From Pseudomonadota bacterium (GTDB taxonomy: Bacteria; Pseudomonadota; Gammaproteobacteria; Burkholderiales; JABEVD01), in NCBI GenBank assembly GCA_021848825.1, contig JAJZTQ010000013.1:672-64671 (forward strand): a DNA stretch of 64,000 bases, in the 5' to 3' direction. Positions 14,220 to 26,249 of the stretch are shown here, one piece after another (the first letter of the stretch is position 1; each line of letters begins with the position of its first letter). The notes below the pieces were generated by a model. That model did no database searches, was not told the DNA's origin, and was given only the letters and a program-made list of their open reading frames with translations. The translations under genes were made by a program, and so were the position numbers.

Positions 14220-14756
14220 ATGGCGGAGATCGTTACGATAGCAAGACCTTACGCGGAGGCGGTTTTCCGTCTGGCCAAGGAAAAGGGCGCCCTGTCCGAA
14301 TGGTCGGAAAGACTCGGATATCTGGCCGCCGTCATCCAGGACAACCAGATGCAGGCCTGCATCCATGATCCCAGCATTCCGCCGAAGCAGATCGAATCGC
14401 TCCTGTTCTCGGTTTGCGGCGACAGGCTGGGCGAAATGGGAAAGAATTTCGTTCAGGCCCTCGTCCACAACGGACGCCTGCCTGTGCTGCCGCAGATAAG
14501 CGAGCTCTTCGAGGAGATGAAGGCGGCAGAAGGCGGCTTGCTCGAAGCCAGGGTGACCTCCGCCTACCCGCTTTCGAAGGCGCAGCTTGCGGATCTGGTG
14601 GATGGGCTGGAAGGAAAGTTCAAGAAGAAAATCGAAGCCACTGCGGATGTGGACCCTGAATTGATAGGCGGGGTCAGGATCGTTATCGGGGATGACGTGA
14701 TCGATGCATCGGTGCGCGGCAAGTTACAGGCGATGTCGTTCGCCCTTACAAGATAG
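14220..14756 (+). CDS. atpH: F0F1 ATP synthase subunit delta
   Basis: [33 protein letters not shown]. Confidence 0.98.
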   Translation: MAEIVTIARPYAEAVFRLAKEKGALSEWSERLGYLAAVIQDNQMQACIHDPSIPPKQIESLLFSVCGDRLGEMGKNFVQALVHNGRLPVLPQISELFEEMKAAEGGLLEARVTSAYPLSKAQLADLVDGLEGKFKKKIEATADVDPELIGGVRIVIGDDVIDASVRGKLQAMSFALTR

Positions 14757-14764
14757 GAGTTATC

Positions 14765-16306
14765 ATGCAGTTGAATGCGTCTGAAATCAGTGAACTGATA
14801 AAAAGCAAGATACAGGGCCTTGCGACGACGACGGAAGTCCGCACGCAGGGCACGGTGGTTTCCCTCACAGACGGCATCGTCAGGGTCCATGGTCTCAAGG
14901 ACGCCATGCAGGGCGAAATGCTGGAATTTCCGGGCAACACCTTTGGCCTTGCGCTCAACCTCGAGCGCGATTCCGTGGGCGCGGTTATCCTGGGCGAATA
15001 CGGCCACATTTCCGAAGGCGACATCGTCAAGTGCACCGGAAGGATCCTCGAGGTGCCTGTCGGCCCCGAACTCGTCGGACGCGTCGTCAATGCGCTCGGA
15101 CAGCCGATAGACGGCAAGGGCCCGATCAATGCGAAAGGCAGTTCGCCCATCGAAAAGATCGCCCCCGGCGTCATCGCCAGGCAGTCCGTCGATCAGCCCA
15201 TGGGAACGGGCCTGAAGTCGATCGATTCGATGGTGCCGATCGGACGCGGACAGCGTGAATTGATCATCGGCGACCGTCAGACCGGAAAAACCGCAGTGGC
15301 GGTCGACGCCATCATCAACCAGAAAGGCAACGGCGTCATCTGCATCTATGTCGCGATTGGACAGAAGGCTTCGTCCATTGCGAACGTGGTCAGGAAGCTC
15401 GAAGAGCACGGTGCGATGGACCACACCATCGTGGTCGCGGCAACCGCTTCCGAATCGGCCGCTATGCAGTATATCGCGCCCTATTCCGGCTGCACGATGG
15501 GCGAATACTTCAGGGACAGGGGAGAAGACGCGCTGATCGTTTACGACGACCTGACCAAGCAGGCATGGGCATACCGCCAGATCTCGCTTCTGCTTCGCCG
15601 TCCTCCCGGCCGCGAAGCCTATCCTGGCGACGTCTTCTATCTCCACTCGAGGCTGCTCGAGCGCGCTGCAAGGGTCAATGCCGAGTACGTGGAGCGGCTG
15701 ACCGGCGGGGAAGTGAAGGGAAAGACAGGGTCTCTTACGGCTCTCCCTATCATCGAAACCCAGGCAGGCGACGTTTCCGCATTCGTTCCGACCAACGTGA
15801 TTTCGATCACGGACGGACAGATCTTCCTTGAAACCGATCTTTTCAATGCAGGCATTCGTCCCGCCATCAACGCAGGTCTTTCCGTTTCCCGCGTCGGCGG
15901 CGCCGCACAAACCAAGGTCATCAAGAAGCTCGGCGGCGGTATCCGTCTCGCGCTTGCCCAATACAGGGAACTAGCCGCATTCGCGCAGTTCGCATCGGAC
16001 CTCGATGAAGTGACGAGAAAGCAGCTCGAGCGCGGCAAGCTCGTGACCGAGCTGATGAAGCAGACCCAGTACAGCCCGATGAAGATATCGGAAATGGCGG
16101 TCACGCTTTTCGCCGTCAACAAGGGTTATCTCGACGAAGTCGAAGTCAAGAAGGCGCTCGCTTTCGAGTCGGCCCTCCAGGCCTACATGAAGGCAAGCCA
16201 CGCAGACCTGATGGAAAAAATCGAGTCCGACAAGGACATGAAGGCGGAAACCGAAAGCGCGCTTAGCGACGCGATCGCCAAGTTCAAGGAAAGCTCGGTT
16301 TACTAA
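14765..16306 (+). CDS. atpA: F0F1 ATP synthase subunit alpha
   Basis: 513 aa; [27 protein letters not shown]. Confidence 0.99.
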   Translation: MQLNASEISELIKSKIQGLATTTEVRTQGTVVSLTDGIVRVHGLKDAMQGEMLEFPGNTFGLALNLERDSVGAVILGEYGHISEGDIVKCTGRILEVPVGPELVGRVVNALGQPIDGKGPINAKGSSPIEKIAPGVIARQSVDQPMGTGLKSIDSMVPIGRGQRELIIGDRQTGKTAVAVDAIINQKGNGVICIYVAIGQKASSIANVVRKLEEHGAMDHTIVVAATASESAAMQYIAPYSGCTMGEYFRDRGEDALIVYDDLTKQAWAYRQISLLLRRPPGREAYPGDVFYLHSRLLERAARVNAEYVERLTGGEVKGKTGSLTALPIIETQAGDVSAFVPTNVISITDGQIFLETDLFNAGIRPAINAGLSVSRVGGAAQTKVIKKLGGGIRLALAQYRELAAFAQFASDLDEVTRKQLERGKLVTELMKQTQYSPMKISEMAVTLFAVNKGYLDEVEVKKALAFESALQAYMKASHADLMEKIESDKDMKAETESALSDAIAKFKESSVY

Positions 16307-16315
16307 GGAGTCATC

Positions 16316-17182
16316 ATGGCTGGCGGGAAAGAGATAAGGACGAAGATAAAGAGCGTCCAGAACACCCAGAAGATCACCCGGGCGATGGAAATGGTCGCTG
16401 CAGCGAAAATGCGCAAGGCGCAGGACAGGATGCGCACGTCCCGCCCTTACGGCGAAAAGATGAGGGTAGTCGCAGCTCACATGAGCCGCGCCCATCCCGA
16501 GTATACGCATCCGTTCATGTCAGCGCGCGAAGGAGCAAAGCGCATCGGGATCATCGTGGTCAGCTCTGACAAGGGGCTTTGCGGCGGTCTCAACACCAAT
16601 GTCCAGAGGCTCGCGCTCGGCAAGATCAAAGGCTGGGAAAAGGAAGGAACGGCGGTCGATGCCGCTGCGATAGGGAACAAAGGACTGGGCTTCCTGCAGA
16701 GGCTCGGCGCCAACGTGGTATCGAGCGTCACCGGACTCGGCGACACGCCTCATCTCGACGCGCTCATCGGGCCTGTCAAGGTAATGCTGGACGCCTATTC
16801 GGAAGGCAAGCTCGACGCCCTCTACCTGTTCTACACGAAGTTCATCAACACGATGAAGCAGGAGCCCGTCATGGAACAGCTCCTTCCGCTCACGAGCGAA
16901 AAGCTGGCAGGGAATGACGGCATCTGGGATTACATCTACGAACCGGATGCGAAGAACGTGATCGATCTCGTGCTGAGGCGCTACATCGAGGCGCTGATTT
17001 ACCAGGCAGTGGCCGAGAACATGGCCTCCGAGCAGAGCGCCCGGATGGTTGCCATGAAGGCGGCATCGGACAATGCCGGCAACGTGATAGGCGAACTCAA
17101 GCTGATTTACAACAAGACCCGCCAGGCGGCGATCACGAAGGAACTTGCGGAAATCGTCGCAGGGGCCGCTGCTGTCGGATAA
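16316..17182 (+). CDS. atpG: F0F1 ATP synthase subunit gamma
   Basis: [31 protein letters not shown]. Confidence 0.99.
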   Translation: MAGGKEIRTKIKSVQNTQKITRAMEMVAAAKMRKAQDRMRTSRPYGEKMRVVAAHMSRAHPEYTHPFMSAREGAKRIGIIVVSSDKGLCGGLNTNVQRLALGKIKGWEKEGTAVDAAAIGNKGLGFLQRLGANVVSSVTGLGDTPHLDALIGPVKVMLDAYSEGKLDALYLFYTKFINTMKQEPVMEQLLPLTSEKLAGNDGIWDYIYEPDAKNVIDLVLRRYIEALIYQAVAENMASEQSARMVAMKAASDNAGNVIGELKLIYNKTRQAAITKELAEIVAGAAAVG

Positions 17183-17200
17183 AGCATTTTATTAGATTAG

Positions 17201-18589
<1,389 letters not shown>

Positions 18590-18597
18590 GGGAAGAC

Positions 18598-19020
18598 ATG
18601 GCAATGACCATGCAGGTAGATATCGTGAGCGCCGAGAAGACTTACTTCTCCGGCCTCGCGGAATTCATCGCGGCGCCTTCCATACTGGGAGAGGTGGGGG
18701 TCTACCCCAGGCATGCCCCGATGCTGACAAGGCTGAAACCCGGTTCTGTCAGGGTGAAAAAGGCGATGAGCGACGAAGAGGAGCTCGTCTATGTATCCGG
18801 CGGCATCCTGGAGGTTCAGCCCGACGTCGTCACCGTCCTCGCCGATTCGGCGATCAGGGGAGCGGATCTCGACGAAGCGAAGGCGCTGGAAGCCAAGCGC
18901 CGCGCGGAAGAAGCGATGAAGGACAAGGCTGCTGCCTACGAATTCGCGAGAGCCGAGGCGGAACTTGCGGAAGCGGTCGCGCAGCTCGCTGCGATACAGA
19001 AGCTGAGAAAAAGACGCTGA
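18598..19020 (+). CDS. atpC: F0F1 ATP synthase subunit epsilon
   Basis: [34 protein letters not shown]. Confidence 0.98.
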   Translation: MAMTMQVDIVSAEKTYFSGLAEFIAAPSILGEVGVYPRHAPMLTRLKPGSVRVKKAMSDEEELVYVSGGILEVQPDVVTVLADSAIRGADLDEAKALEAKRRAEEAMKDKAAAYEFARAEAELAEAVAQLAAIQKLRKRR

Positions 19021-19033
19021 GTTGGATACGGAA

Positions 19034-19062
19034 AAAAGGCAGCCTAGGCTGCCTTTTGTTTT
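19034..19062 (+). terminator. Rho-independent terminator of the atp operon
   Basis: Perfect palindrome AAAAGGCAGCCTAGGCTGCCTTTT (19034-19057) followed by GTTTT. Confidence 0.9.
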
Positions 19063-19094
19063 CTTCACCGCTAGGAAGCTGTCATAATAACACC

Positions 19095-20456
19095 ATGCCT
19101 GAATTGAACGTGGTCATCCTTGCAGCAGGAAAAGGGACAAGAATGCATTCTTCCCTGCCGAAGGTGCTGCACACCCTTGCAGGCAAGCCGCTGCTCGGCC
19201 ATGTCATCGACACCGCCTCGCAAATGGGTGAAGCGCGCCTATGCATCGTCTACGGCCATGGGGGAGAATCCGTTCCCCTGGCCTTCGATTCCGGAGATCT
19301 GAGCTTCTTTCTCCAGGAGCCGCAGCTGGGAACGGGGCATGCTGTGCAGATCGTCTCTCCCCATCTTAATGACAAGGGTTCCACGCTGATCCTCTACGGC
19401 GATGTGCCGCTCATCAAGCCTTCGACCCTGAAGAGAATGACGGAAACGACGGATTGCCTCGCGCTTCTCACTGTCGAACTGGAGAATCCCCGCGGATACG
19501 GGAGGATCGTGAGGGATATCCAGGGAAAGATAGAAAGGATAGTCGAGGAAAAGGACGCGACCGAGCAAGAGAAAAGCATAAAAGAGGTGAATACCGGCAT
19601 CATGCTGGCCCCGACAGCCAGGCTGAAATCCTGGCTGAAGAACCTCGGAAACGATAATGCGCAGAAGGAATATTACCTCACGGATATCGTGCAGATGGCC
19701 GTGAGCGAAGGACTGCCGGTGAAATCCGTTCATCCGGGGGCGATCTGGGAAGTGATGGGGATCAACGACAGGATGCAGCTCGCGGAAATGGAGCGGATAT
19801 TCCAGAAGGAGCAGGCGCTCGAACTGATGAGGAAAGGCGCAAGCCTTGCGGACCCGGCGAGGATAGACATCAGGGGCGATCTTTCAGTTGGACGCGACGT
19901 CCATGTCGACGTCAACTGCGTCTTCGAAGGAAGCGTGAAAATCGGCGACAATGTCAGGATAGGTCCGAACTGCGTGCTGAAGGACGTCGAAATAGAGGAA
20001 GGAACCGAAATAGCGCCATTCAGTCATCTGGAAGGCGCCGAGATCGGACGAAACTGCAGGATCGGTCCCTATGCCAGAATAAGGCCGGGAACGAGGATAT
20101 CCGATGGCGCGCATGTGGGCAATTTCGTGGAGATCAAGAACAGCTCGATCGGCAAGAACAGCAAGGCAAACCACCTGAGCTATGTCGGCGACGCGGATGT
20201 CGGCAGGAACGTCAACATCGGTGCAGGAACGATCACCTGCAATTACGATGGCGCGAACAAGCACAAGACGGTGATCGAGGACGAGGCCTTCATCGGCTCG
20301 GATACCCAGCTGATCGCGCCAGTCACCGTGGGAAGGGGCGCCACGATAGGCGCGGGATCGACCATCACGAAAGACACGCCTGAAGGGGGGCTGACGCTTT
20401 CCAGAACCAGGCAGGTTCATATCGATTACTGGAAACGACCCGAAAAAAAGGGGTAA
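19095..20456 (+). CDS. glmU: Bifunctional UDP-N-acetylglucosamine pyrophosphorylase / glucosamine-1-phosphate N-acetyltransferase
   Basis: [23 protein letters not shown], hexapeptide repeats and ITCNYDG. Real start is ATG 19095 within ORF 18504..20456. Confidence 0.99.
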   Translation: MPELNVVILAAGKGTRMHSSLPKVLHTLAGKPLLGHVIDTASQMGEARLCIVYGHGGESVPLAFDSGDLSFFLQEPQLGTGHAVQIVSPHLNDKGSTLILYGDVPLIKPSTLKRMTETTDCLALLTVELENPRGYGRIVRDIQGKIERIVEEKDATEQEKSIKEVNTGIMLAPTARLKSWLKNLGNDNAQKEYYLTDIVQMAVSEGLPVKSVHPGAIWEVMGINDRMQLAEMERIFQKEQALELMRKGASLADPARIDIRGDLSVGRDVHVDVNCVFEGSVKIGDNVRIGPNCVLKDVEIEEGTEIAPFSHLEGAEIGRNCRIGPYARIRPGTRISDGAHVGNFVEIKNSSIGKNSKANHLSYVGDADVGRNVNIGAGTITCNYDGANKHKTVIEDEAFIGSDTQLIAPVTVGRGATIGAGSTITKDTPEGGLTLSRTRQVHIDYWKRPEKKG

Positions 20457-20459
20457 GAC

Positions 20460-22283
20460 ATGTGCGGGATCATCGGCGCTGTTGCGCAAAGAAATGTGGT
20501 GCCAATACTGATAGAAGGACTCAAGCGCCTGGAATACAGGGGCTATGATTCTGCCGGGCTCGCCGTCGTCAACCAAGGGCTCTCGAGGCACAGGAGCGTC
20601 GGCAGGGTCGCCGAACTTGCCATCCTTTCAAAAAACGTGAAGGGAAACCTCGGCATCGCCCATACCCGTTGGGCGACGCATGGCGCGCCGACCGAAAGGA
20701 ACGCCCATCCCCATGCAAGCAGGGATGAAATCGCGGTCGTCCACAACGGCATCATAGAAAATCACGTCGAGCTGAGAAAAAAGCTGGAGGATCTCGGTTA
20801 CCAATTCGAGTCAGAGACCGACACGGAAGTGATCGCACATCTCGTCCACCATCATCGCCGGAGCACGGGCGACCTGCTTGCGGCTACCCTTGCCGCGATC
20901 AAGGAGCTCAAAGGCGCCTATGCAATCGCCGTAGTGAGCAGCAACTCACAAGACAGGATGGTTTGCGCGAGAGAGGGCAGCCCGCTTCTGCTCGGCCTCG
21001 GTATAGAAGAGAATTTCGTGGCATCGGATGCCTCTGCGCTGCTCCCTGTGACGAGAAAAATGGTCTATCTGGAAGACGGGGACGTCGTCGACGTCGGCCT
21101 GCTCGAATACCAGATCTACGACAGGGAAGGACGTCCTGCGGAGCGGAAGGTTTATCTCAGCGAGCTGAGCCAGGAAACCTCGGAGCTCGGAAAATACCGA
21201 CACTTCATGCAGAAGGAGATCTTCGAGCAGCCGAAGGCGATAGCCGACACCATCGATTCCGCGATAAACGAGTGCGGAATCTCCCCCAGACTCTTCGGTC
21301 AGGATGCGGAAGAAATCCTGAAGGATGCCGACAGCGTTACCATCATCGCCTGCGGGACCAGCTACCATGCCGGCCTTGTCGCGAGGTACTGGATCGAAAG
21401 CCTGGCGGGGATCGCCTGCAATGTGGAGGTGGCGAGCGAATATCGCTACAGGGAAAGCATATCGAACCCGAAATCGCTCTTCGTCACGATCTCCCAGTCG
21501 GGCGAAACAGCGGATACGCTCGCTGCACTCAATTACGCAAAGTCGAAGGGGCAGACGAAGACCCTGAGCATCTGCAACGTGGATGAAAGCGCGCTGGTCA
21601 GGCAGTCGAGGCTGCGTTTCCTGACAAGAGCCGGCCCTGAAATAGGGGTGGCATCGACGAAAGCCTTCACGACCCAACTCGCCGCGCTTTTCCTGCTCAC
21701 TCTGGTGCTCGCCAAAATCAGGGGAAAACTCGATTCTGCAATGGAAGCGGCGCATCTGGAATCGCTGAGGAGGCTACCCCATGCAATCAACCATGCGCTC
21801 GAAATAGAGCCGAAGATTGTCAGATGGGCGGAAAAATTCTCTGAAAAGCATCATGCCCTTTTCCTCGCACGCGGGGTGCATTATCCCATTGCGCTGGAAG
21901 GCGCGCTGAAGCTGAAGGAAATATCCTACATTCACGCAGAGGCCTATCCTGCCGGGGAACTCAAGCACGGGCCGCTTGCGCTCGTGGACAGCAACATGCC
22001 GGTCGTCTGCGTCGCGCCCAGCGACGGGCTTCTGGAGAAGCTGAAATCGAATCTGCAGGAAGTCAGGGCGAGGGGAGGGGAGCTGTATGTGGTCGCGGAC
22101 GAGGATTCCCATTTCCATGACGAAGAATCGATCCACGTCGTCAGGATGGCCGAGCACGCGGATCATCTGAGCCCCATCCTGCATGCGATCCCGCTTCAGC
22201 TTCTCGCCTATCATGCCGCCCTTCAGAAGGGAACGGATGTCGACAAGCCCAGGAATCTTGCGAAGTCGGTGACAGTGGAATAG
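20460..22283 (+). CDS. glmS: Glutamine-fructose-6-phosphate aminotransferase
   Basis: MCGIIG (N-terminal Cys), [27 protein letters not shown] and C-terminal [11 protein letters not shown]. Confidence 0.99.
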   Translation: MCGIIGAVAQRNVVPILIEGLKRLEYRGYDSAGLAVVNQGLSRHRSVGRVAELAILSKNVKGNLGIAHTRWATHGAPTERNAHPHASRDEIAVVHNGIIENHVELRKKLEDLGYQFESETDTEVIAHLVHHHRRSTGDLLAATLAAIKELKGAYAIAVVSSNSQDRMVCAREGSPLLLGLGIEENFVASDASALLPVTRKMVYLEDGDVVDVGLLEYQIYDREGRPAERKVYLSELSQETSELGKYRHFMQKEIFEQPKAIADTIDSAINECGISPRLFGQDAEEILKDADSVTIIACGTSYHAGLVARYWIESLAGIACNVEVASEYRYRESISNPKSLFVTISQSGETADTLAALNYAKSKGQTKTLSICNVDESALVRQSRLRFLTRAGPEIGVASTKAFTTQLAALFLLTLVLAKIRGKLDSAMEAAHLESLRRLPHAINHALEIEPKIVRWAEKFSEKHHALFLARGVHYPIALEGALKLKEISYIHAEAYPAGELKHGPLALVDSNMPVVCVAPSDGLLEKLKSNLQEVRARGGELYVVADEDSHFHDEESIHVVRMAEHADHLSPILHAIPLQLLAYHAALQKGTDVDKPRNLAKSVTVE

Positions 22284-22318
22284 CTGTCACAAAACCGCAA
22301 CCAATCTGCTGATATAGT
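22284..22318 (+). promoter_or_regulatory. Pho-box-like PhoB site plus -10 element upstream of the GT4 gene
   Basis: CTGTCAC-AAAA-CCGCAAC (22284-22301; half-sites 7/7 and 5/7 to CTGTCAC/CTGTAAC), then 11 bp, then TATAGT (22313-22318). Confidence 0.5.
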
Positions 22319-22324
22319 TGGCGG

Positions 22325-23482
22325 ATGAATATCTTGATGATTTCAGACGTCTATTTTCCGCGCGTCAACGGCGTTTCGACATCGATCGAGACATTCAGGA
22401 CCGAGCTTTCCAAGAGAGGCGCAGAGGTCACGTTGATCGCCCCCTCGTACGGCGAGAAGGAAAACCAGCAAGGCATCGTCCGTATCCCTTCCAGGAAGGT
22501 GATGTTCGATCCTGAAGACAGGTTGATGGCTTACGGATCGATCAGGCGCCTCGCAAAGGCGCTGGGCGAAAAGCAATTCGACCTCGTCCACATCCAGACC
22601 CCATTCGTCGCCCATTATGCCGCAGTCAGCCTCGCGAAGAGGCTGAAACTGCCGATGGTCGTGACTTACCATACATTTTTCGAGGAATATCTCTACCACT
22701 ACATTCCCTTTCTCCCGGCAGCGTGGCTGAAGGGCTTTGCCAGGCGATTTTCAAGAAAGCAGTGCAATGACGTCGATGCCGTCGTGGTGCCATCGTCAGC
22801 CATGGCTCAAACGCTCGAAGCCTACGGCGTCGAAAAACCCATGCACATCATACCGACGGGCATACCCGAGAGGATGTTCGAAAACGGCAGAAGACAGGAA
22901 TTCAGGAAGAAGCACGGCATCGCAGAAGATGCGCCGGTGATGCTGTTCGTAGGCAGGGTCGCCTTCGAAAAGAACATAGGATTCCTGCTGGAAGCAACCG
23001 ATATCGCGCGGAAAACCATCCCCGGGATAATGCTCATCGTCGCAGGCGAAGGGCCGGCATTGAAGACGATAGAGAAGCAGATCAAATCGATGAGGCTCGA
23101 AAGCAATGCGATGCTGATAGGCTACATGGACAGGGAAACCCAGCTGAGGGACTGCTACAGCGCGGCAGATGCCTTCGTCTTCGCTTCCCGAACCGAGACC
23201 CAGGGCCTGGTGTTGCTGGAAGCGATGGCGGCGGGCCTTCCTGTGATTTCCACTGCCCACATGGGCACGCGCGACATCCTGAAACAGGGCTCGGGCTCCG
23301 TCGTGCCAGAAGACCATCCGGAAAGCTTCTCGGAGGAGATGGTGAGGGTCATGTCGGATGAAAAATTGCGGGCCAGACTTGGGATTGAGGCCAAAATCTA
23401 TGCGAAAGCATGGAGCTCAGGGGCGATGGCAGAAAAGATGCTGGATCTGTACAAAGAATTGGCGTCCGGTAGTTCAACCTAG
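22325..23482 (+). CDS. GT4 glycosyltransferase, diacylglycerol alpha-glycosyltransferase (UGDG/MGS-like)
   Basis: SDVYFPRVNGVSTSI, VHIQTPF, TYHTFFEEYLYHY, FVGRVAFEKN and the EX7E motif ETQGLVLLEAMAAGLP. Family assigned by recall of GT4 glycolipid synthases. Confidence 0.8.
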   Translation: MNILMISDVYFPRVNGVSTSIETFRTELSKRGAEVTLIAPSYGEKENQQGIVRIPSRKVMFDPEDRLMAYGSIRRLAKALGEKQFDLVHIQTPFVAHYAAVSLAKRLKLPMVVTYHTFFEEYLYHYIPFLPAAWLKGFARRFSRKQCNDVDAVVVPSSAMAQTLEAYGVEKPMHIIPTGIPERMFENGRRQEFRKKHGIAEDAPVMLFVGRVAFEKNIGFLLEATDIARKTIPGIMLIVAGEGPALKTIEKQIKSMRLESNAMLIGYMDRETQLRDCYSAADAFVFASRTETQGLVLLEAMAAGLPVISTAHMGTRDILKQGSGSVVPEDHPESFSEEMVRVMSDEKLRARLGIEAKIYAKAWSSGAMAEKMLDLYKELASGSST

Positions 23483-23501
23483 GCAACTATTCCGGTAAGA
23501 T
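23473..23501 (+). promoter_or_regulatory. Putative promoter of the orphan parA
   Basis: TTCAAC (23473-23478), 17 bp, TAAGAT (23496-23501). Confidence 0.4.
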
Positions 23502-23529
23502 AGCATGGTCAGGACAAGATCGGTCAGGC

Positions 23530-24291
23530 ATGGCGACCATAGCAGTCTTCAATCAAAAAGGCGGTGTCGGCAAGACGACAACCAGCCTGAACATAGCCGC
23601 AGCGCTTGCAATGCTAGAAAGGAATCCGCTCGCGATCGACCTCGATCCGCAGGCGCATCTGACGCATTCTCTCGGCGTGGACCAGGCCACCTCGATAGGC
23701 ATTTCCTCCTTTTTCAAGGATGAACGCTCGCTGCTCGATCTGATCCAGTACAGGCCTTCAGGACTCAGGGTGATCCCTTCCCATACCGATCTATCCAAGA
23801 TCGATGCCCTTTCGGGAAAGACCAGGAACGTAGCCACGAAGCTGCGCGAAGGCCTGTCCGAACATTTGGCCAGGGAAAATGCCCCCATCATCATCGATTG
23901 CTGTCCGATGCTGGGGATTCTGTCACTCAATGCCATCATTTCCGCAGACAAGGTGCTGATCCCTGTTTCAGCCGATTTCCTCTCGATGCAGGGGGTCCAG
24001 CGGGTTGTGGCCCTGCTCGACGTGCTCCATGCGCGGTTCGGCAGGGAATTCGATTTTGCCATACTCCTGACCAGATTCGACTCGAGGCGCAAGCTTTCCT
24101 ACACCACTTACGACAAGCTGAAGGAAAGATACGGGGAAAAGGTCTGCGACACCCGCATCATGGAGAACGTCAGCCTTGCCGAGAGCCCGGCATTCGGAAG
24201 GGATGTTTTCGCTCATTCGCCCGGAAGCCAGGGCGCGAGGGATTATTTCTCCCTGACTCACGAATTGCTGGAAAAAGGATTTTTCGACTAG
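23530..24291 (+). CDS. Orphan ParA/MinD-family ATPase
   Basis: NQKGGVGKTT, DLDPQAHLT, IDCCP, PVSADFLS, ENVSLAESPAFG; no adjacent parB. Confidence 0.92.
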   Translation: MATIAVFNQKGGVGKTTTSLNIAAALAMLERNPLAIDLDPQAHLTHSLGVDQATSIGISSFFKDERSLLDLIQYRPSGLRVIPSHTDLSKIDALSGKTRNVATKLREGLSEHLARENAPIIIDCCPMLGILSLNAIISADKVLIPVSADFLSMQGVQRVVALLDVLHARFGREFDFAILLTRFDSRRKLSYTTYDKLKERYGEKVCDTRIMENVSLAESPAFGRDVFAHSPGSQGARDYFSLTHELLEKGFFD

Positions 24292-25055
24292 ATTCTTCTC
24301 GGCTTGTGAGGCGCCTTGGAAAACAGCCAGGCGTGAAACCGCTTGGGAAGGATGCTCAGGATTTTCCCGACGATCATCATCTGCCAGGGGAAAGTGTAGA
24401 AAATTCTTCCTCTGGAAATGGCTTTTTCTATTCTTTTCGCGGCTGCATCGGCCTTCAGCAGAAAAGGCATTGGATAGGGATTCGATGCTGTCATGGGGGT
24501 TTCGATATAGCCAGGACAGATCGTAACCGCTTCTACGCCGCTGCCGTGAAGCTCGCATCTCAAACCTTCTAGATAGTTGATTACTGCGGCCTTTGAGGAA
24601 GAGTAAGCGCTCGCACCTGGAAGGCCCCTGAAACCCGCAACGCTGGCAATTCCCACGAGTTTTCCCTTCCTTTCAGCTTTCATGCAGCCGAGAAACGGCT
24701 GAAAGGTCCTCGCCATGCCGATCACATTCGTCTCGAAAATGACCCGGAAGGTTTCGATGTCTTCTGCATGTTCCGTCAGGTTGCCGAACCCGATGCCGGC
24801 ATTGGCCACGACGATGTCAGGACAACCGCAAAGGGAAATGAATCTGGCCGCAGCATTCTGCATGGATTCGAGGTCGCCCACGTCGGCAGGAAGAACGATC
24901 GCGCTGTCGGGCCACTTTTCTGTGAAGAAAGAGAGTTTTTCTGTTCTTCTCGAAATCAGCCCGACAACGGCGCCGCTTTCGAGATAACGCCTGGCAAGCT
25001 GGTACCCTATTCCGCTGGACGTCCCGGTGATGACGACTTTGAGCTTTCCATTCAT
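24288..25055 (-). CDS. Short-chain dehydrogenase/reductase
   Basis: TGTSSGIG, ANAG and the catalytic YSSSK; the usual neighbour of dsbA in Betaproteobacteria. Confidence 0.93.
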   Translation of the reverse strand: MNGKLKVVITGTSSGIGYQLARRYLESGAVVGLISRRTEKLSFFTEKWPDSAIVLPADVGDLESMQNAAARFISLCGCPDIVVANAGIGFGNLTEHAEDIETFRVIFETNVIGMARTFQPFLGCMKAERKGKLVGIASVAGFRGLPGASAYSSSKAAVINYLEGLRCELHGSGVEAVTICPGYIETPMTASNPYPMPFLLKADAAAKRIEKAISRGRIFYTFPWQMMIVGKILSILPKRFHAWLFSKAPHKPRRI

Positions 25056-25630
25056 TTGGCAGTCATCTCGAATAGCGAGTCGAGCAGTTCTCCATTTGCC
25101 AGATTGCCCAGCACCAGGTATCTGCCGCCCACGATCAGCGAGGGAACCCCGGTGATGCCGGCGCTAATGGCAAGCTGTTTCGACTCCTTGATCTTCACTT
25201 CGACCTGGCTGGAGCGATAGAGTTTCTTGAACTTATTCAGATCCACCCCGTGTTCGGCAAGCCATCCGAAAAGGATGTCTTCTTCGTCGAGATCTAGCCC
25301 CTGATCCTGAATTGCAGCATAAATCCTGCTTCTGAGCCGTTCTTCTTCCCCGAGAATCTGCAGCGCATAGTATGCCCTGGCAAGCGGCAGCCACGCCGTC
25401 CTGAATGCAGGAACGCGAATGAGGGTAATGTCGGGCCTCGATGCAAGCCAGTCATTCAGGAAAGGCTCGAGCTGGAGGCATTGCGGACAGCCGTAGTAGA
25501 AGAACTCGACGAGCTTCCTGTCTTGATGCGCGAGGGGAGGATCGACGTACAGATAATCCTTTCCCTTCTCGGGTCCGGCAAGGGCAAGGGATGAAACGAG
25601 CAGCAGCAGAGCCGCAAGGCATGTCTTCAA
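25052..25630 (-). CDS. DsbA-like thiol:disulfide oxidoreductase (second paralogue, CPQC)
   Basis: TTG start, signal peptide, VEFFYYGCPQC and cis-Pro loop GVPSL. Confidence 0.88.
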   Translation of the reverse strand: MKTCLAALLLLVSSLALAGPEKGKDYLYVDPPLAHQDRKLVEFFYYGCPQCLQLEPFLNDWLASRPDITLIRVPAFRTAWLPLARAYYALQILGEEERLRSRIYAAIQDQGLDLDEEDILFGWLAEHGVDLNKFKKLYRSSQVEVKIKESKQLAISAGITGVPSLIVGGRYLVLGNLANGELLDSLFEMTAK

Positions 25631-26241
25631 TGCCTCGAGGCCCTCGCCATTGCAATCAGCTTGTCGAGCTCGGTTATCGTGCCGGGGAGGGACTGGGTGA
25701 GTTCGGGGGACGTCAGGTATTTCCCGTCGACGACGAGCGAGGGCGTTCCCATGATCCCGTAGCTTCTCGTCATCTGCTTCGATTTGTTGATGTCAATCTG
25801 GGTTGAGAAGGAGGCATAGGCCTGGGCAAGCTTGGAACGGTCAATTCCCCGCTTTGCAGCCCATTCGAGTAGCGTGGCTTCGTTCCCGAGGTCGATGTTC
25901 TGCGCCTGGACGGCATCGTAAACGGCGCTGTGTATCTTCGGTTCAAGCCCCATGACGTCGAGCGCGTAATAGGTCCGCGCAAGCTTTTCCCACTGGTCGT
26001 TGAAAATGGTGGGGACATAGCGGAACTCGACGTCCTTGGGCAATTTCTTCAGCCAAGGATCGAGGTACTTCTGCAAATGATAGCAATGGGGGCAGCCGTA
26101 ATAGAAGAACTCGAGAACCTCGATCTTCTTGCCGCTGGTCGTGGGCTGCGGCGGATCGACGAGGGAATAACCCTGCCCGGCAAGGGCGGCCGAGGAGGCA
26201 AAAAGACATACCAGAAAAAAGAAGCTCCTTAAGAATTTCAT
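25627..26241 (-). CDS. dsbA: Thiol:disulfide interchange protein DsbA
   Basis: Signal peptide, VLEFFYYGCPHC, GTPSLVVDGKY. Confidence 0.95.
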   Translation of the reverse strand: MKFLRSFFFLVCLFASSAALAGQGYSLVDPPQPTTSGKKIEVLEFFYYGCPHCYHLQKYLDPWLKKLPKDVEFRYVPTIFNDQWEKLARTYYALDVMGLEPKIHSAVYDAVQAQNIDLGNEATLLEWAAKRGIDRSKLAQAYASFSTQIDINKSKQMTRSYGIMGTPSLVVDGKYLTSPELTQSLPGTITELDKLIAMARASRH

Positions 26242-26249
26242 GTATCCTC

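Noticed and set aside
19079-19096. CTGTCAT Pho half-site upstream of glmU
   Set aside because: There is no second half-site at 11-bp spacing. It is better explained as an extended -10 (TG-T-CATAAT).
22269-22290. Inverted repeat GTGACAG-N8-CTGTCAC as a glmS terminator
   Set aside because: It is followed by AAAA rather than a U-tract on the coding strand, and the left arm is constrained by the conserved glmS C-terminus.
22250-22324. attTn7 site at the glmS 3' end, with GT4/ParA as possible Tn7 cargo
   Set aside because: No Tn7 end sequences, target duplication or tns genes are visible. The site appears unoccupied.
23507-23528. GGTCAGG direct repeat upstream of the orphan parA as a plasmid-type parS or iteron
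   Set aside because: Only two 7-mers in GC-rich DNA, which is within chance expectation.
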